A stretch of DNA of 63,772 bases, counting the filler, from Octopus bimaculoides (lineage: Eukaryota): the NCBI RefSeq assembly GCF_001194135.2. It is 5 parts of 5 records of this genome, joined end to end, with 100 filler letters (N's around TTAATTAATTAA, not from the genome) between each part and the next. Parts side by side here need not be neighbours in the genome. Positions count along the whole stretch, not along the records: positions 30,924 to 53,886 come from NC_068983.1; positions 53,987 to 57,502 come from NC_068986.1; positions 57,603 to 60,088 come from NC_068994.1; positions 60,189 to 63,772 come from NC_068982.1; 1 more part is not named here. One strand, written 5' to 3'. This document shows, piece after piece, positions 52,717 through 63,772 of this stretch. The first letter of the stretch is position 1, and every line of letters begins with the position of its first letter. The position numbers were made by a program, and so were the translations under genes. A model generated the notes under the pieces. The model did no database searches, was not told where the DNA came from, and saw only the letters and a program-made list of their open reading frames with translations.

Positions 52717-52894
52717 TCTTACTCGTTTCAGCCATTTGACTGTGGCCATGCTGGAGCACCACCTTTATAGTCGAGCACTTATTCTATTGGGTCTATTTTG
52801 CCGAACAGCTAAGTTACGGGTATGTATACACACCAGCATCGGTTGTCAAGCGATGCTGGGGAGGACAAACACAGACACACAAACACATACACAC

Positions 52895-52951
<57 letters not shown>

Positions 52952-53075
52952 CGACGAGCTTCTTTCAGTTTCCGTCTACCAAATCCACTCACAAGGCTTT
53001 GGTCGGCCCGAGGCTATAGTAGAAGACACTTGCCCAAGGTGCCATGCAGTGGGAATGAACCCGGGACCATGTGGT
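52710..53075 (-). mobile_element. Family E SINE
   Basis: Same modules, with an internal (CA)n(TA)n tract. Confidence 0.85.
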
Positions 53076-53424
53076 TGGTTGGCTTGTATGTAACCTGTAT
53101 AATTCAAAGATCTAACTGTTTGTCACACGTCGTATTCCACTGATGCCAAACCGCTAAGTTACGGAGAGGTAAATACACCAACACGGGTTGTTAAGCAGTG
53201 CTGGTGGAGGAGAGACACCTCTATTTGTCACAAACATTATGTTTTAAGAGTACACGTGTCTGCGGTATATACGAATAACTTGGCCCTCGGCCAGCTTCCA
53301 CTATTAATTTAAAACGAGTAGGGTAGGTAGTTTAATTGACAGAACATCGTCGAAAGCCACGAAGATCCACCTCCAATACCACCACCATCGTCATTATCAT
53401 CATAATCATCATCATCATCATCAC

Positions 53425-53455
<31 letters not shown>

Positions 53456-53647
53456 CGAGCTGGCAGAATCGTTAGCACTTTGGACGAAATGCTTAAGTCA
53501 TGAGTTCGAATTCCGCCGAGGTTGACTTTACTTTCATCCTTCGGGGAGTTGATAAAATAAGTACCAATGGAGCCCTGGGGGTCGATATAATCGACTAGCC
53601 CACCCCGCCCCCACCAAATTTCAGGTCTTGTGCCTATAGGAGAAAGG

Positions 53648-53698
<51 letters not shown>

Positions 53699-53886
53699 GT
53701 TCAGTAGTTTTATTTTTATAACGTGCTTTCACTTCACTACCGAGCGCAGCTCTGTGCGCCTTGGGTATGTGCTGTGGTTTGCTGTGGTGCTCTCATGTTT
53801 ACTGTATTGAAAGTGTTTTGCGTAGAATGTGTGCAGTACCCAGTAGTGCAATTTTCTGTATGTTATATATATTTGTAAGTCCTGGT
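53648..53886 (-). mobile_element. 3' end of an RLE-type (R4/Dong-like) non-LTR retrotransposon
   Basis: Minus strand PGLTNIYNIQKIALLGTAHILRKTLSIQ* (stop at 53799-53801), about 100 bp of UTR, then an (AAT)n tail. Confidence 0.75.
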
Positions 53887-54743
53887 NNNNNNNNNNNNNN
53901 NNNNNNNNNNNNNNNNNNNNNNNNNNNNNNTTAATTAATTAANNNNNNNNNNNNNNNNNNNNNNNNNNNNNNNNNNNNNNNNNNNNAAGCAAGGTTCTTA
54001 CCACACAGGAACGCCTGCGCCTATATAAATTCTTTAACTTTCGTTTGTTTCAGCCATTGTATTGCGGCCATGCTGGGCATCAGCATGAAGGAGTTTAGTC
54101 GAACAAACCGACTCGGCACTTTTTAAAGTTTGTTACTTATTCTATCGGTCTCTTGCCGAACTGTCATATTACGGGGGAGACGTGCACAAACCAACATCGG
54201 TTGTAAAGCAATGATAGGGTACAAACAAAAAGAGCGCGCGCGCGCACACACACACACACATGACCAGTGTCCGTGCAGTTTCCGTCTACCAAATTCACTC
54301 ACAAAGCATTGGTTTGCCCAAGGTGCCGCGCTGTGGAACTGAACCCGAAATTATACGGTTGCAAAACAAGCTTCTTAATCACACAACCATGCCTATATCG
54401 TAAAATTTATTGCTCTTATTAGGTAGTTCAGAATTTCATAGTGTCTATTAGTTTCATCCCAGACTCCCCAGATATGAGACCAACAATAAGAAGGGTTACT
54501 CTGCAATTATATTTTTGGAAGTGTTAGTAGTATATTTATACCCCTCCCCAACTCTCTCTATCTATCTTTTCCTCTCACTCTGTACACACACACACACACA
54601 CACATATTATATAAATGCATCAACATATACATATACGCAAAAACATTTTATCCAAATATGCAGGGATTTTACCATATTTTCTTTCTTCGTAATAACTGAA
54701 GAAAGAAAGTCGGCAAAGCCATAATAGGAATCGCATTTGATCG

Positions 54744-55372
54744 ATAGGCACAAGGCCTAAAATTTGGGAGTATGGTTTAGTCGATTATATCGAACTCAGT
54801 GTTTCATTGCTACTCAATTTATCGACCCCGAAAGAATGAAAGACAAAGTCGGCCTTGGCGGAATTTGAACTCAGAACGTAAGGACGGGCGAAATGCTGCT
54901 AAGCATTTTGCCCGGCGTGCTAACGATTCTGCCAGCTCGGCGCCTTAGCAATAATAATAATAATAATCCAGGTACAAGACCTGAAATTTGGTGAGGGGAG
55001 GGTCAGTTGACTAGATCGACCCTAGTACGCAACTGGTACTTAATTTATCGACTCCGAGAGGATGAAAGGCAAAATCGTCCTCGGCGGAATTTGAACTCAG
55101 AACTCAGGTAAAGACGGACGAAATGCCGCTAAGCATTTTGCCCGGCGTGCTAACGATTCTGCCAGCTCACCGCTTTTATAATAATACTTTCAAATTTTCG
55201 CACAAGGTCAGCAATTTCAAGAGAAGGTGTAGTAAGTTGATCACACCAACCACTTAAGTTTATATAAGTTTATCGACCCCGGCGGCATTTGAACTCAGAA
55301 CATAAAGTTGGAAGAAATGCTTGTTAAGTATTTTTTCCAGCGCGGTAACAATTCCGCCATCTTGTTGCCTTA
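54744..55372 (-). mobile_element. Tandem trimer of family D SINEs
   Basis: Three same-orientation copies at 54744-54947, 54968-55178 and 55195-55372, separated by short AAT-rich spacers. Confidence 0.85.
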
Positions 55373-55974
55373 ATAATAACAATAATAATTGGTGGTGGGG
55401 TCGTTGCTATTATGTTAAGCTGTTGTATGTCCAAATTTGGCCAAATGGGTTTTTTCTTCTTTTTTTTTTCAATATTTACTTTTGCTTGCAATTGCCGGTT
55501 CTTTTGGTGAAACCATCGTATCTCCAGCTGCTTCAGATGCCAAGTATTAAAAATTGTCAAAGATTGTCAAAGTGTATTACAACGGTTTTGCTATGGGATG
55601 GTGAAACTATTTTTTCGCTTTCTGAAAAAGCAACGTATTGGACTTAGGACACTTTTACATAATAACAACAATGTATATATGCAATCCCATACAGAATTAC
55701 AGCGTCTGTTTTATACAGCAACATGTTAAGTATTGTATGATGTATATATACTTGCCTGTTTCTGTGTGTGCGTGTATTTCTATGCATGCATATTTATGCA
55801 TTATGCAACGTGTGCATGCATGTTTCGTGTGAGTATACATATATATGTGTGTGTGTGTGTGTGATCTTTATCAATTTATGTTGTCATTACATAATTTTTT
55901 TAAAAAACTTCTATATATTTTTCTTTGTGCATGTATAATGGTAAGATACGCAGCTTAGGCAATTCAAAATTAAC

Positions 55975-56025
<51 letters not shown>

Positions 56026-56182
56026 GTTGAGTTACATAATTCGTAAATGTAAAGAATATAATTTACATTGCTTCCAAAGTTCGAGTTACATTATATAAAT
56101 ATATATATACACACAGGGTCTATATATGTTTGTGTCTACGTGTGAATACACACACTCACAACATATATATCTACACATATAC

Positions 56183-56258
<76 letters not shown>

Positions 56259-56615
56259 TATATTTGTACAATTATATAATCCTTAAGTGTATCTATTTTT
56301 ATTATCTACTCTATATTTCGTGTGCGTGTATGTATATATGTGTGTGTGCATTGTATGCATGAGTACACACACTCACACACACACATACACACATATATAA
56401 ATAAAAAATCTTCTACTCTTTAACTTGCTGGGCACCACCTTGAAGAATTTTAGTCGAACGGATCGGCCCCTGTAATCTTTTTTTAATGATTGGTACTTAT
56501 TCTAATGGTACATTTTGCCGAACCGCTAGGTTATGAGGATGTAAACACGCCAACACCGGTTGTTAAGTAGTGGTGGTGGGAGACAAACGCAGGTGCAATG
56601 ATACACACATATATG

Positions 56616-56653
<38 letters not shown>

Positions 56654-57443
56654 ACGGGTTTCTTTCAGTTTCCGTCTACCAAATCCTCTCACAAGACACT
56701 TGCCCAAGGTGCCACGCAGTGGGACTGAACCCAGAACCATGTGGTTGGGAAACAAACTTCTTAGCACTCAGCCATGTATAGTTATATAATCTCTAAGTTC
56801 CTTTATTTTGTTATCCACCCTGTATTTCGCGTGTTTGTGTATATATATATATGTATACGCATGTATGCATTGACCCCTATATACGGTGGTTTCATCTCCG
56901 TGTCTCTATTTACCCCTTAATTATACCACCCTTTTCGTACCTACATCTTTTTCTCTCCGCTCCACCCCTCATGAACTTCTACCTTTTATTTCCCCTTCCT
57001 CTCTTGTACCCTTCATTGCTTTGTACTTCCTTCCTTTCTTTCTTTCTTCTTCCTCACCTCCCTGCCAAACATGCTCTTCTACCAACACTCATTCTTCCCT
57101 CTTCGACCCACCCCACCCCCACCGCTACTCCTTCCACCCAGCCCGTTCCACCCTTTTTGCTTCGTCTCCATCACCATCACCACCATCAGTCAACAACAAC
57201 AGCAGCAGCAGCAGCCAATACCGTCAACTTCACTCTTAACTAATAACATTTGTCAGTGGCTATGTGTACATCTATCTATATATATATATCAGCAGTATGT
57301 ATGTATGTTGTATATTATGTATGTGTATGAATATGTGTACATATGTAGTTAGCTATGTGTGGGTTTATGTGTGTTTGTGTCTGTATATATATATATATAT
57401 CACGACAGAACGCACACGTTACCTTTATACAGTAAGTTTTAAC

Positions 57444-57502
<59 letters not shown>

Positions 57503-59612
57503 NNNNNNNNNNNNNNNNNNNNNNNNNNNNNNNNNNNNNNNNNNNNTTAATTAATTAANNNNNNNNNNNNNNNNNNNNNNNNNNNNNNNNNNNNNNNNNN
57601 NNATGTATGTATGTATGTGTGCGTATATGTTTGTGTGTCTGTGTTTGTCCCCCTAACATCGCTTGGCAACCGATGATGGTGTTTTTACGTACCCGTAACT
57701 TAGCGGTTCGGCAAAAGAGACCGATAGAATAAGTACTAGGCTTACAAAGAATAAGTCCTGGGGGTCGATTTGCTCGACTAAAGGCGGTGCTCCAGCATGG
57801 CCACAGTCAAATGACTGAAACAAGTAAAAGAGTATTATTATTATCAAGCAAAATGCGCAGCGTTATTTCTTCTGGTTTCACTTTCTGAGTTCAAATTCCG
57901 CTGAGGCGAACTTTACCTTTCATGTAGATGAGATGAACATCAGTTGAAAACTGGAGTCAATGTAATCGTCTAAACACCCCATTCCTAAATATTTGTAGAA
58001 AGAATTATTGTTGTGGTGGTTGTTTTTGTTGTTGTACTGTTTTCACACTTCCGGGATCAACACAATGGAGTTTTAGTCAAATATTTGGGTCCATTTTGTT
58101 GTGTGTTATTCCCCTCCACCACTCAATAATTGTTGCTTTCTGCAAAACGATAGAAACCATTATTTATTCATTCAATAATTGTGAACATAAAGATATAAAA
58201 CGTAAATTATAAAATATAAAATATCAAGCACAAATAAAATAACACAGAATATAAGCAATTAAAAATTAAATATAAAGTATAAAAAGTATTTTATTTTAAT
58301 GCGTTAAAACATTAACCATTATTCATAAATTCAAAATTTTTTACTATTGTTTTCTTTCAAACATCTCTTTAGAAATAATTAGTAACACAAAACGAAAAGG
58401 CTTATTTGTTGTCTCCGTTCGCAGTAATAATGCCACAGCTTGTAAAACATTTGTTTACTAATTGCCGAACCACGCGTTAAATTTTATTCCTTTTCAATAT
58501 TAATGGGTGTTATTTATTTATTCGATCATTCATTTTCATTACATTCTTTGGAGGGAGGTTCTTTAATTTATTCCTTCACTTTCATCAGTTTTCATCATTT
58601 TATCTCTTCCAAACGGAAGAAAGAACTAAGAATATTGGTAGATAATAAACAGAAAAAGATTATGGGAGTCAAAAAATATGCATAAAATGAAGAGAAACAC
58701 AAGATTTCAGCATTAATAAAGAAGAATACGTTGAATTAACGCGTTTTTCCTAAGTACAAGTTATTGAGGTGGTAGTAACGGCAGAGCGGCGGAGTAAATG
58801 GGGTTTTGCAGGTTTGACTGTGTGTTAAGAAGTTCATTTTGCAACCATGCTGTTTCGAGTTCAGTTCAATCGCACGACATCATAGGCAAGTGTCTACTAC
58901 TATAGCTCCAGGCCGATCAATGTCTTGTGCATGAACTTGGTAGACGGAAACTGTGTGGAAACTTATCGTGTATGTGTAATATATATATATATNNNNNNNN
59001 NNNNNNNNNNNNNNNNNNNNNNNNNNNNNNNNNNNNNNNNNNNNNNNNNNNNNNNNNNNNNNNNNNNNNNNNNNNNNNNNNNNNNNNNNNNNTGTGTGTG
59101 TGTGTGTCTGTGTGTGTGTGTGTGTGCGTGCGTGTGTGTATGTCTATGTGTGTGTGTGCGTGCATGTGTGTATATGTCTCTGCGTGTGTGTGTGTGCGTG
59201 CGTGTGTGTGTATGCGTGTGTATGTCTATGTGTGTGTGTGTGCGCGCGCGTGCGTGCGTAGATGTGTATGTGTGTATGTAGTTAAATCGAGGATTTAATA
59301 TCTTCCTTAGAGACTATAAAATCCAGAGATCCACTGGTATCATCGCTGATATATTGGGAGAATTTTCTCAATATATATATGGATAAGCAGTATAATTTAC
59401 ATTTTATATTAACTCTTAAGATGGTTCAAATCCTGCAGATCCGAAGTACTGTTTATAAAAATTTAATTATATGTTCCTTTAAATTTCATTTGTATTCACT
59501 TATTTGATATATTTTATTGCACCTAACATGATACCACTAAAATAAGCATTCATAATTAACTCTCCGTTTTCTTATATTAAGATATATATATATATACTGA
59601 AACGCTTTATGT

Positions 59613-59725
59613 GGCCTGAGGAGGTTCTTCTGCAATATGAGGTGCATTCGATTCCATTACATCGTTCCCCGCCAACTAGGCCGAAGTGCAGAAGTAAGTC
59701 GAAACGATCGTTGTCCTGAATAAAA
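59613..59725 (+). ncRNA. Type I hammerhead with extended stem II, followed by AATAAA
   Basis: GGC CTGAGGA G..CTTCTGCA (59627-59634)...TGCAGAAG (59687-59694)..C GAAAC GATC GTT GTC. Stem III lies in the palindrome AACGATCGTT; AATAAA at about 59719. Confidence 0.7.
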
Positions 59726-60188
59726 CTTCTAGTACTCTCTGTTTAGAATCCGCTCAACGTGCACCGAGGAATTCCTTACGTACATGAATCAACGAAAGTG
59801 CACTACCCTGGATGACACCTAGTAACCGCAAGCGGTGAACATGCTCTGCAGACACATTACAAGGGACATTCCCATAACAAGGTTTCGATACTACACCATA
59901 ATGTCTCCCTCCTAAACGATACTACACCATAATGTCTCCCTCCTAAACCTCCAAAAAGGTTAGTAACATCCAGACAAAATATTTTATAACATTTTTTTTT
60001 AATATTCTTTTTTTAACTTCAGACTTCAAAACTGTATTAAGTAATACTCATAGACTTTCATTTATATATATATGTGTGTGTGTGTGTGNNNNNNNNNNNN
60101 NNNNNNNNNNNNNNNNNNNNNNNNNNNNNNNNTTAATTAATTAANNNNNNNNNNNNNNNNNNNNNNNNNNNNNNNNNNNNNNNNNNNN

Positions 60189-60224
<36 letters not shown>

Positions 60225-60707
60225 GATGGCTTCTTTCAGTGTTTGTCTACCAAATCCACTGAGATGGCCTTGGTCGGCCCGAGGCTATTGTAGAAATGAC
60301 ACTTACCCAAGGTGCCACGCATTGGGACTGAACTCGGAACCATGTGGTTGGTAAGCAAGCTTATTACCACATAGCCACTCCTGCATTTGTAGAATTAACA
60401 TCGTACATCTTTGTGTCTGATAAAATGGAAGAAAGAGGGCAATTAGACGTGGGTGTCAGGTGATGCCATATTTGTAGCGTAAGGGATCAGTAATGCAGTG
60501 GCGAGAATAGGGGCTGGGCAGTCGTCTGATAGACTGAGGGGAACAACGATGGAACGAACAAGGGGAGACATGGATATCAAGTTATTGTTCTTGTTGCAGT
60601 CGTTGTTGTTGTTGTTCTTGTTTTTCTGATTGTTGCTGCTGCTGTATTTGTACTTGTTGCTGCTGCTGCTGCTGTTGTTTTTGTTGTCATCACTGTTGTT
60701 GTTATCA

Positions 60708-61020
60708 TTTTTTTTAGCCCTTTTAAAGCCTAGCCAGGCTCATGGGCCCGGTTTCCAGGTTTCTATGGCGTATGTGTTCCCCACTCCAGCTGGACGGGAC
60801 ACCAGTCCATCGCAGCGTTACTCAAGAAACAGGAAGAAAGAGTTAGTGAAAGTTGGGGCGAAAGAGTGCAACAGGGGTCGCCACCACCCCCTGTCGGAGT
60901 CTCGTGGAGCTTTAGGTGTTTTTGCTCAATAAACACACACAACGCCCGGTCTGGGAATCGAAACCGCGATCCTCTGACCGCGAGTCCACTGCTCTAACCA
61001 CTGCGCCATTGCGCCTCCAC
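60708..61020 (-). mobile_element. Family B head with tail 2
   Basis: Colinear with 13650-13956. Confidence 0.88.
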
Positions 61021-61567
61021 ATGTTTTTTATCATTGCCAAGAGTCATTCCAGATCTAATCGAGTAGACCGAGATTCAAAAACCTTTCAGCTATATCCATC
61101 CATTTTCATTTGTTTTGCTTTATTTTATTTTGCGTATATCTAGGACACGATTATCGAATGCATTCGAAGATTTCATTTCCTTTTGAGATTGTAAGATATG
61201 GTTTGAGGTTGAGCTAGCTATTATTTATCGCAGATCGATAGGCTACATGAGTTTGCTTTCATCAGCTTATTGGCTCAAAGGTGATTGGTTAGGGTTAATG
61301 AGAGTTTTTGGTCTCTGAAAGGAAGTTACTATTGTTATTGTGATTAAAATACTCTGGATTACTCACCTCATCATTAGAATGCATACTCACAGTATTTCTA
61401 TCTATTTCTGCACTACATATCGATCGGTTTTGCATCCAGTTCTCATCAGGTGTATTCTTCTTGGATATAGAATCTAAATCAGGAGCCTATACGGATGAAA
61501 TGAGTTTTGTAGTTTCCTTAGTTTAAAAGTGTTCGTACTAAATCCACAAATGAAAATGAATAGTGTA

Positions 61568-61832
61568 GGAGTTGCCGTGTGGTAAGTAGCTTGCTTACAA
61601 ACCACATAGTTCTGGGTTCAGTCCCACTGCGTGGCACCTTGGGTAAGTGTCTTCTACACCGCTTGACAACCAATGTTGGTGTGTTTACGTCCCCGTAACT
61701 TAGCGGTTCAGCAAAAGATATCGATAGAATAAGTCCTAGGCTTACAAAGAATAAGTCCTGGGGTCGATTTGCTCGACTAAAGGCGGTGCTCCAGCTTGGC
61801 CACAGTTAAATGACTGAAACAAGTAAAAGAGT
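61568..61832 (+). mobile_element. Family E SINE lacking the central microsatellite block
   Basis: Junction GTCTTCTAC|ACCGCTTGACAAC skips the middle module. Confidence 0.85.
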
Positions 61833-62247
61833 CACAACCCAGTTTGTGACCATAGATATATCCAGGAATATAACACCTCAGAATATTCTATTGCTAAATA
61901 CGTACATAAAATCTGGCTTAGTATCGGTACTTATTCCATCGTTATTTTTGTTGAACTGCTAAGTTACAAGGACGTATACAAACCAATACCTGTGTTCAAG
62001 TGGTGGAGCAACAAACACAAATCACACAAACATATATATAAAAATTTGAGAATTAAAATTAAATATCTTTTTTTTTTAATGGATAATATTTTACGAAACC
62101 TTTACCAATATATTCCTTTGACATTTCTCCATCATATTAATACCAATATAATAATTCTTAATCGTTTACGGAGATGTACTTGCATAGCAAGTGACCTGAT
62201 CTGAGATTGTGTGCTGGAACGAAAACAATTGCAATTTAAAATAACAC

Positions 62248-62404
62248 ACAAAAACCGTTAGATTCACTTCAACATTTAAATTTAATTTGTCAAAATATTT
62301 TCGTCGCTTTGAGACCTCGACAAAATTCTGTGCTATTAAATTGACCATTGACAAAATTCTATGCTATTAAATTTAAATGTTGAAGTGAATCTAACGGTTT
62401 TTGT
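62248..62404. repeat. Perfect 39-bp inverted repeat with 79-bp spacer
   Basis: 62248-62286 equals the reverse complement of 62366-62404. Confidence 0.95.
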
Positions 62405-62409
62405 CCCAT

Positions 62410-62618
62410 GCCATATCGCGGTTCACCTCTCGCGGTTTATTATTTAAGTTTACGCCGATTCCTCTGTAATGTTGTTTTGCATTTATACTAAAATAAATAT
62501 ATACAAATTATAAAAGAAAAAAAAAATACATACAGTGCTGTTTCTACTTCACGGGTTTTCACCTATCGCGGTGGGAGGTTTGGAACGTAATACCCGTGAT
62601 AGTTGAGGGATTACTGTA
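62410..62618. mobile_element. Tigger/pogo-like MITE right end
   Basis: Ends GGAACGTAATACCCGTGATAGTTGAGGGATTACTG then TA. Recurrent ATCGCGG subterminal motifs. Confidence 0.65.
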
Positions 62619-63772
62619 CATCAATCTAAGTACTCAAGTAGTAGCTATTTTATCAACCCCGAAAGAATAAAAGGCGAAGTCGTTCCCGGAGGAATTTGAA
62701 CTCAGAACTGAGTTAACGATTCTGCCAGCTCGCTGCCTTAGATACGATTTATATTATAGCCCGTAATACATTGTGTCCTAGTCGTCAGCTCATTCGATAA
62801 TACGAATCAAACCATTATATGTATCAGTATGTAAAATATTCTTTTGTGCGACGTCTGTTTCTGTCTTTCTCTTTCTTTGTCTCTCTTTCGCCTTCCTCCC
62901 TCTTCCTTCCTCTCTCTTTCTCTCCCTAATATTTTACTTCTTCCTTCGCTCTTCTTTTCTATTTGTCTTTCTCTCGTCTCCACTCCTACAGGACATTTTC
63001 ATTTCCCTTTGCGTTAACCCATATCCATTTATCTTGCAACCGCACATTTTTTTATTTGTGTATATATATTTTATTTTGTCGTGTTTGTTTACGTCATTGT
63101 CCTGTACGTTCATTAGCTATTCCCAGTGGTTTTTAGCCACCGGCGCCACCAAAACAAAATCAACGTTGGAGGCCCAAAATCGTAAAAAACTTTTGGACGT
63201 TGACTGACGACGAATAGGCTACGAATTTTTGTTTCATTACGGTTTTGTAAAATTTTCCGATTCCTGTGTTTTTGTTACACTTTTGATATATCGTACAACT
63301 TTGGGTTTATAGTTAACCTACAAATCCCTTTGTCTGTCTTTGTTTGCCCCCTCTATATTTAGCCCCTTGTAGGCAATAAAGAAATAAGAAACGTCAGGAC
63401 GCCGGGCGAAATGCATAGCGGTATTTCGTCTGTTTTTACGTTCTGAGTTCAAATTCCGCCGAAATCAATTTTGTCTTTCATCCTTTCAGATGAGAGACAA
63501 AGTTGTGCACTAGGGTTGATCTAATCGACTGGGCCCCCTCCCCAAATATTTCGAGCCTTGTGCCTAGAGTAGGAAAGATTTATTACTTTATATTCAGCTC
63601 ATTTTCATTTTCCGGTTCCGTTCTTCTTCTTCTTCTTCTTCTTCTCCTTCTTCTTCTTCTTCCCCTTTTTGCTTTCCTTCATATTTTTATTTATTCACTT
63701 TTTAAAAAAAAGTTTTCCTCTCGCTCTTCGTCCTTGTAGTGTTATTCTGATTTCTATATTATTTCCTCCGTC

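Overview
Repeat-saturated, gap-rich (about 6 kb of N) eukaryotic non-coding DNA. The SINE families and the extreme (TA)n/(CA)n/(ATC)n/(AAT)n density point to an octopod cephalopod, probably Octopus (inference from recalled repeat sequences, not a database hit). No host protein-coding gene can be supported; nearly all ORFs in the supplied track are microsatellite translations or run through N gaps. Recognisable content: about five tRNA-headed SINE or LINE-tail families in dozens of copies, decayed RTE and RLE-type LINE fragments, a mariner (DD34D) remnant, a maT-type (DD37D) remnant, a probable solo LTR, and TTAA- and TA-flanked MITEs. The most interesting signal is a hammerhead-ribozyme retroelement system. 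Two copies of a roughly 0.45-kb palindromic element (12083-12505, 24718-25175) join a Pol III tRNA-like head to inverted arms, each arm carrying a minimal type I hammerhead. The four copies are individually decayed, but their consensus core is intact. Further Penelope-type hammerhead motifs of different sequence lie at about 59613, 41575 and 30274. The window also shows several fold-back and template-switch scars. Family letters A-E are my own labels, and coordinates were counted by hand (mostly within a few bp; degenerate ends are less exact).
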